A DNA stretch of 64,000 nucleotides from Convolutriloba macropyga (Eukaryota). The stretch spans positions 68,386,001 to 68,450,000 of the forward strand of contig NC_134468.1 of NCBI RefSeq assembly GCF_964194025.1, read 5' to 3'. Positions 61,401 to 64,000 of the stretch are shown here, piece by piece. The position numbers and the translations under genes are program-made. The notes under the pieces were generated by a model, which saw nothing but the letters and a program-made list of their open reading frames with translations, did not search any database and was not told the origin of the DNA. Position 1 is the first letter of the stretch. Each line of letters begins with the position of its first letter.

Positions 61401-64000
61401 TAGCCATTTAAACTATCTGACCAATTTTTTTTTGAAAAATGAATTCTTTTTTTTAAAATTATATATAAGAAACCTTTCTATAATACTCTGTTTTTTGCTG
61501 GTTAAGAACAATGAACAGTTCTTTCTCTGCATCAAAAATTTTTTTTTTGGTAAATGAAGACTTTTAGAGCTCTCAAAATAACAAAATTCAACTTCAAAAG
61601 TATAGAACTGACAGCAGAAAATGGATTTTTTTCCTGAGTTCTAGAGTTCTTTTTAATAAAATTCTTATCATTTTATTGGAACTAGCTATTTGAGTATTTT
61701 CAGAACCTTGGAGACGTAAAAATCTGGTTTCAAGCATTAAACATCAAATCAACCACCTTTGATTTGAAAAAAAGGAAAGCTTTTGTTTGTTGATTTTTTA
61801 CAATGTCAGAGCGTATAGTTTGAACTAATCTCCTCTGTTATAAGGAAATACAGATGAACATTAGATTTAGAGAATTTATGGATTGGGAGCTGGAAAATTA
61901 AAAGATGTTTATTATTTTTTGAAAATGGGAATATTGTTTTTCATTTCTCTGTTTTTTAAGACTGCTCTTCGAACAGATATCTTCAAGTCGTAGGTCGCTT
62001 CTGTAATTAGAAAAAAGAAATTGTTTATTGATTATGAAACATCTCATATGAAATACGAAAATTTCTTTTGAAAGAAGAATTTTTTCAGTTCACATAAAGA
62101 CTTTTAATTGCTTTCGAATGAGAAGCAGTTGTTGTAAGTATGTGTGTCTGCTTTTATGCAAATTATTTTATCAACCGTTTTTGTGCTTTTATGCTGGAAT
62201 AGTATTTGACTTTTCAAGTGATTTTTTTCACATACTTCTTGATTTTTGAGTGATTTCAATTCCTCTTACTCCGAAGTAAGTTTGTTTTTCAAAGTAAAAC
62301 CGATGGTTAGAGAGATGATGTCACAGCCATAGTAGCCGATTGCTTATTGCCCCTGTCGAGATTACGGAATCGGATTCAGTTGGTCGAGGTTTGAATCCAT
62401 TGTTTGTGTTAATTTTTGCACCCATGAAGAAAAATTTATCTGCGCTACAGTCCCTGAATTAATTTGCCTCGCCTGTAATTCGAGAGCAATTTTTCCGACG
62501 TTAGTCGGTATCTGTTTAAATTCTCCTAATTCTTTAAAAAACTTACACAAAAGAGCGAAACGCATATTTCACGTATGACCAAGGTTCCCCAACGCTACTA
62601 AATAAGAGCCTTTAAAAATAGATTTCAATGTTCCTCTACATGTCAGACACAACTAGACGCAGAGTGCAAAGCCGCTTGAATTATTAAAATGGTAGCAAAA
62701 CTCCTTAACTTAGAACAATTTGCAAAAGATTGAAAAAAATATATTCAAAACAAAATTGTGTTTATTAAATCTAGCTGTTAACACATACGCGAGTTCTGCT
62801 AGCTGTTATTACATCTGCGAGAATAAGTGGTGGCCATCATTGAGAGAGCAGATTTCAAAAACAGGAAAAATTACCTAATACTTGCTCCAAATTGTGGCTT
62901 TAAATGTGTCCAATAGCAAAACTGTTTTCAAATCGTGCTGGTATCTACAAATTTTTCAAAAACTAATTGTCCCATTGTGCTCATGAAACATTTAAAATGA
63001 CAAATTATTTCGAAAAACAATAAAAAGTTCACTTCAGGTTTTACTAGAAATTTTACGATTACAGATAGAAGGGCCTCATAAAGTCCTCGTTTGATTTTCT
63101 AGAAAAACGCAATCAAGTATTTTATGAACGGCGAGGAACCTTGAGTAAAGATCAGATGCCAAAAAGAAAAAAATGAGAGAGAAAGCGAAACTTAGTCTGA
63201 GATAATTAGATCGTTTAAAGGTCGGGCATAAGTAGAGACAGAGTGCAAAAATGAGAAATCATGAAAAAATTAGAAAAATTTATTGTTTTTTGATTATGAA
63301 ACTACTCATATGAAAAACGAAAAATTCTTTTGAAAGAAGAATTTTTTCAGTTCATAAAGATTTTTAATTGCTTTCGAATGAGAAGCAGTTATTGTAAGTA
63401 TGTGTGTCTGTTTTAATGCAAATGTTTTGCTCAACCGTTTTGTGCGCTTTTATTCTGGAATAGTGTTTGACTTTTCAAGTGATTTTTTTCACATACTTCT
63501 TGATTTTTGAGTGATTTCAATTCCTCTTACTCCGAAGTAAGTTTGTTTTTCAAAAAATGATGGTTAGAGGGATGATGTCACGGCCTTGGTAGCCGAGTGC
63601 TTATTGCCCCTGTCGAGATTACGGAATCGGATTCAGTAGGTCGAGGTTTGAATCCATTGTTTGTGTGTTAATTTTTGAAGCCATGAAGAAAAATTTATCT
63701 CCGCTACAGTCCCTGAATTAATTTACCTCGCCTGTAATTCGAGAGCAATTTTTCCGACGTTAGTCGGTATCTGTTTAAATTCTCCTAATTCTTTAAAAAA
63801 CTTACACAAAAGAGCGAAACGCATATTTCACGTATGACCAAGGTTCCCCAAGGCTACTAAATAAGAGCCTTTAAAAATAGATTTCAATGTTCCTCTACAT
63901 GTCAGACACAACTAGACGCAGAGTGCAAAGCCGCTTGAATTATTAAAATGGTAGCAAAACTCCTTAACTTAGAACAATTTGCAAAAGATTTAAAAAAAAT
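58438..64000 (+). repeat. ~2-kb direct duplication (58438-60420, 61270-63277) plus a third partial tandem copy (63280 to window end)
   Basis: Both long copies start ATAAATTTGATAAAGGG and end AAATCATGA..AAAA.AGAAAA. The third copy restarts at the position equivalent to ~62025. Confidence 0.92.

Noticed and set aside
40754-62565. Numerous 60-115 aa ORFs in the right third of the window
   Set aside because: K/F/N-rich translations of AT-rich repeats with no recognisable motifs; many overlap on both strands.

Overview
AT-rich eukaryotic (invertebrate-like) DNA with two parts. (1) About 1.8-37.5 kb is one decayed Ty3/Gypsy LTR retroelement: truncated 5' LTR at 1785, then gag-PR-RT-RNaseH-integrase, an env-like ORF with class III (herpesvirus gB/chuvirus G-type) fusogen motifs, an array of 14-bp palindromes, an extra coiled-coil + DnaJ (HPD) ORF, a polypurine tract and a 3' LTR at 36228. 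It is swollen by tandem duplications and by an ~18.5-kb Polinton/Maverick inserted in its integrase (6-bp TSD GATGGC). The Polinton carries pPolB, a DEDD-type nuclease, packaging ATPase, integrase, penton, core-like protein, a major capsid remnant, an adenain protease and a decayed initiator tRNA-Met. Its left end includes an inverted copy of ~470 bp of the right-hand flank. (2) About 37.5-64 kb holds a LINE remnant, a small secreted Cys-rich peptide precursor gene, the first coding exon of a glutamate synthase, and then non-coding DNA full of Helentron-type non-autonomous elements and a ~2-kb duplication. Almost all mobile-element ORFs carry stops or frameshifts. All protein assignments come from motif recognition by eye, not database searches, and boundaries are approximate unless a motif is quoted. 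The best candidate for an undescribed system is the env-bearing Gypsy 'retrovirus' with its own J-domain co-chaperone gene.
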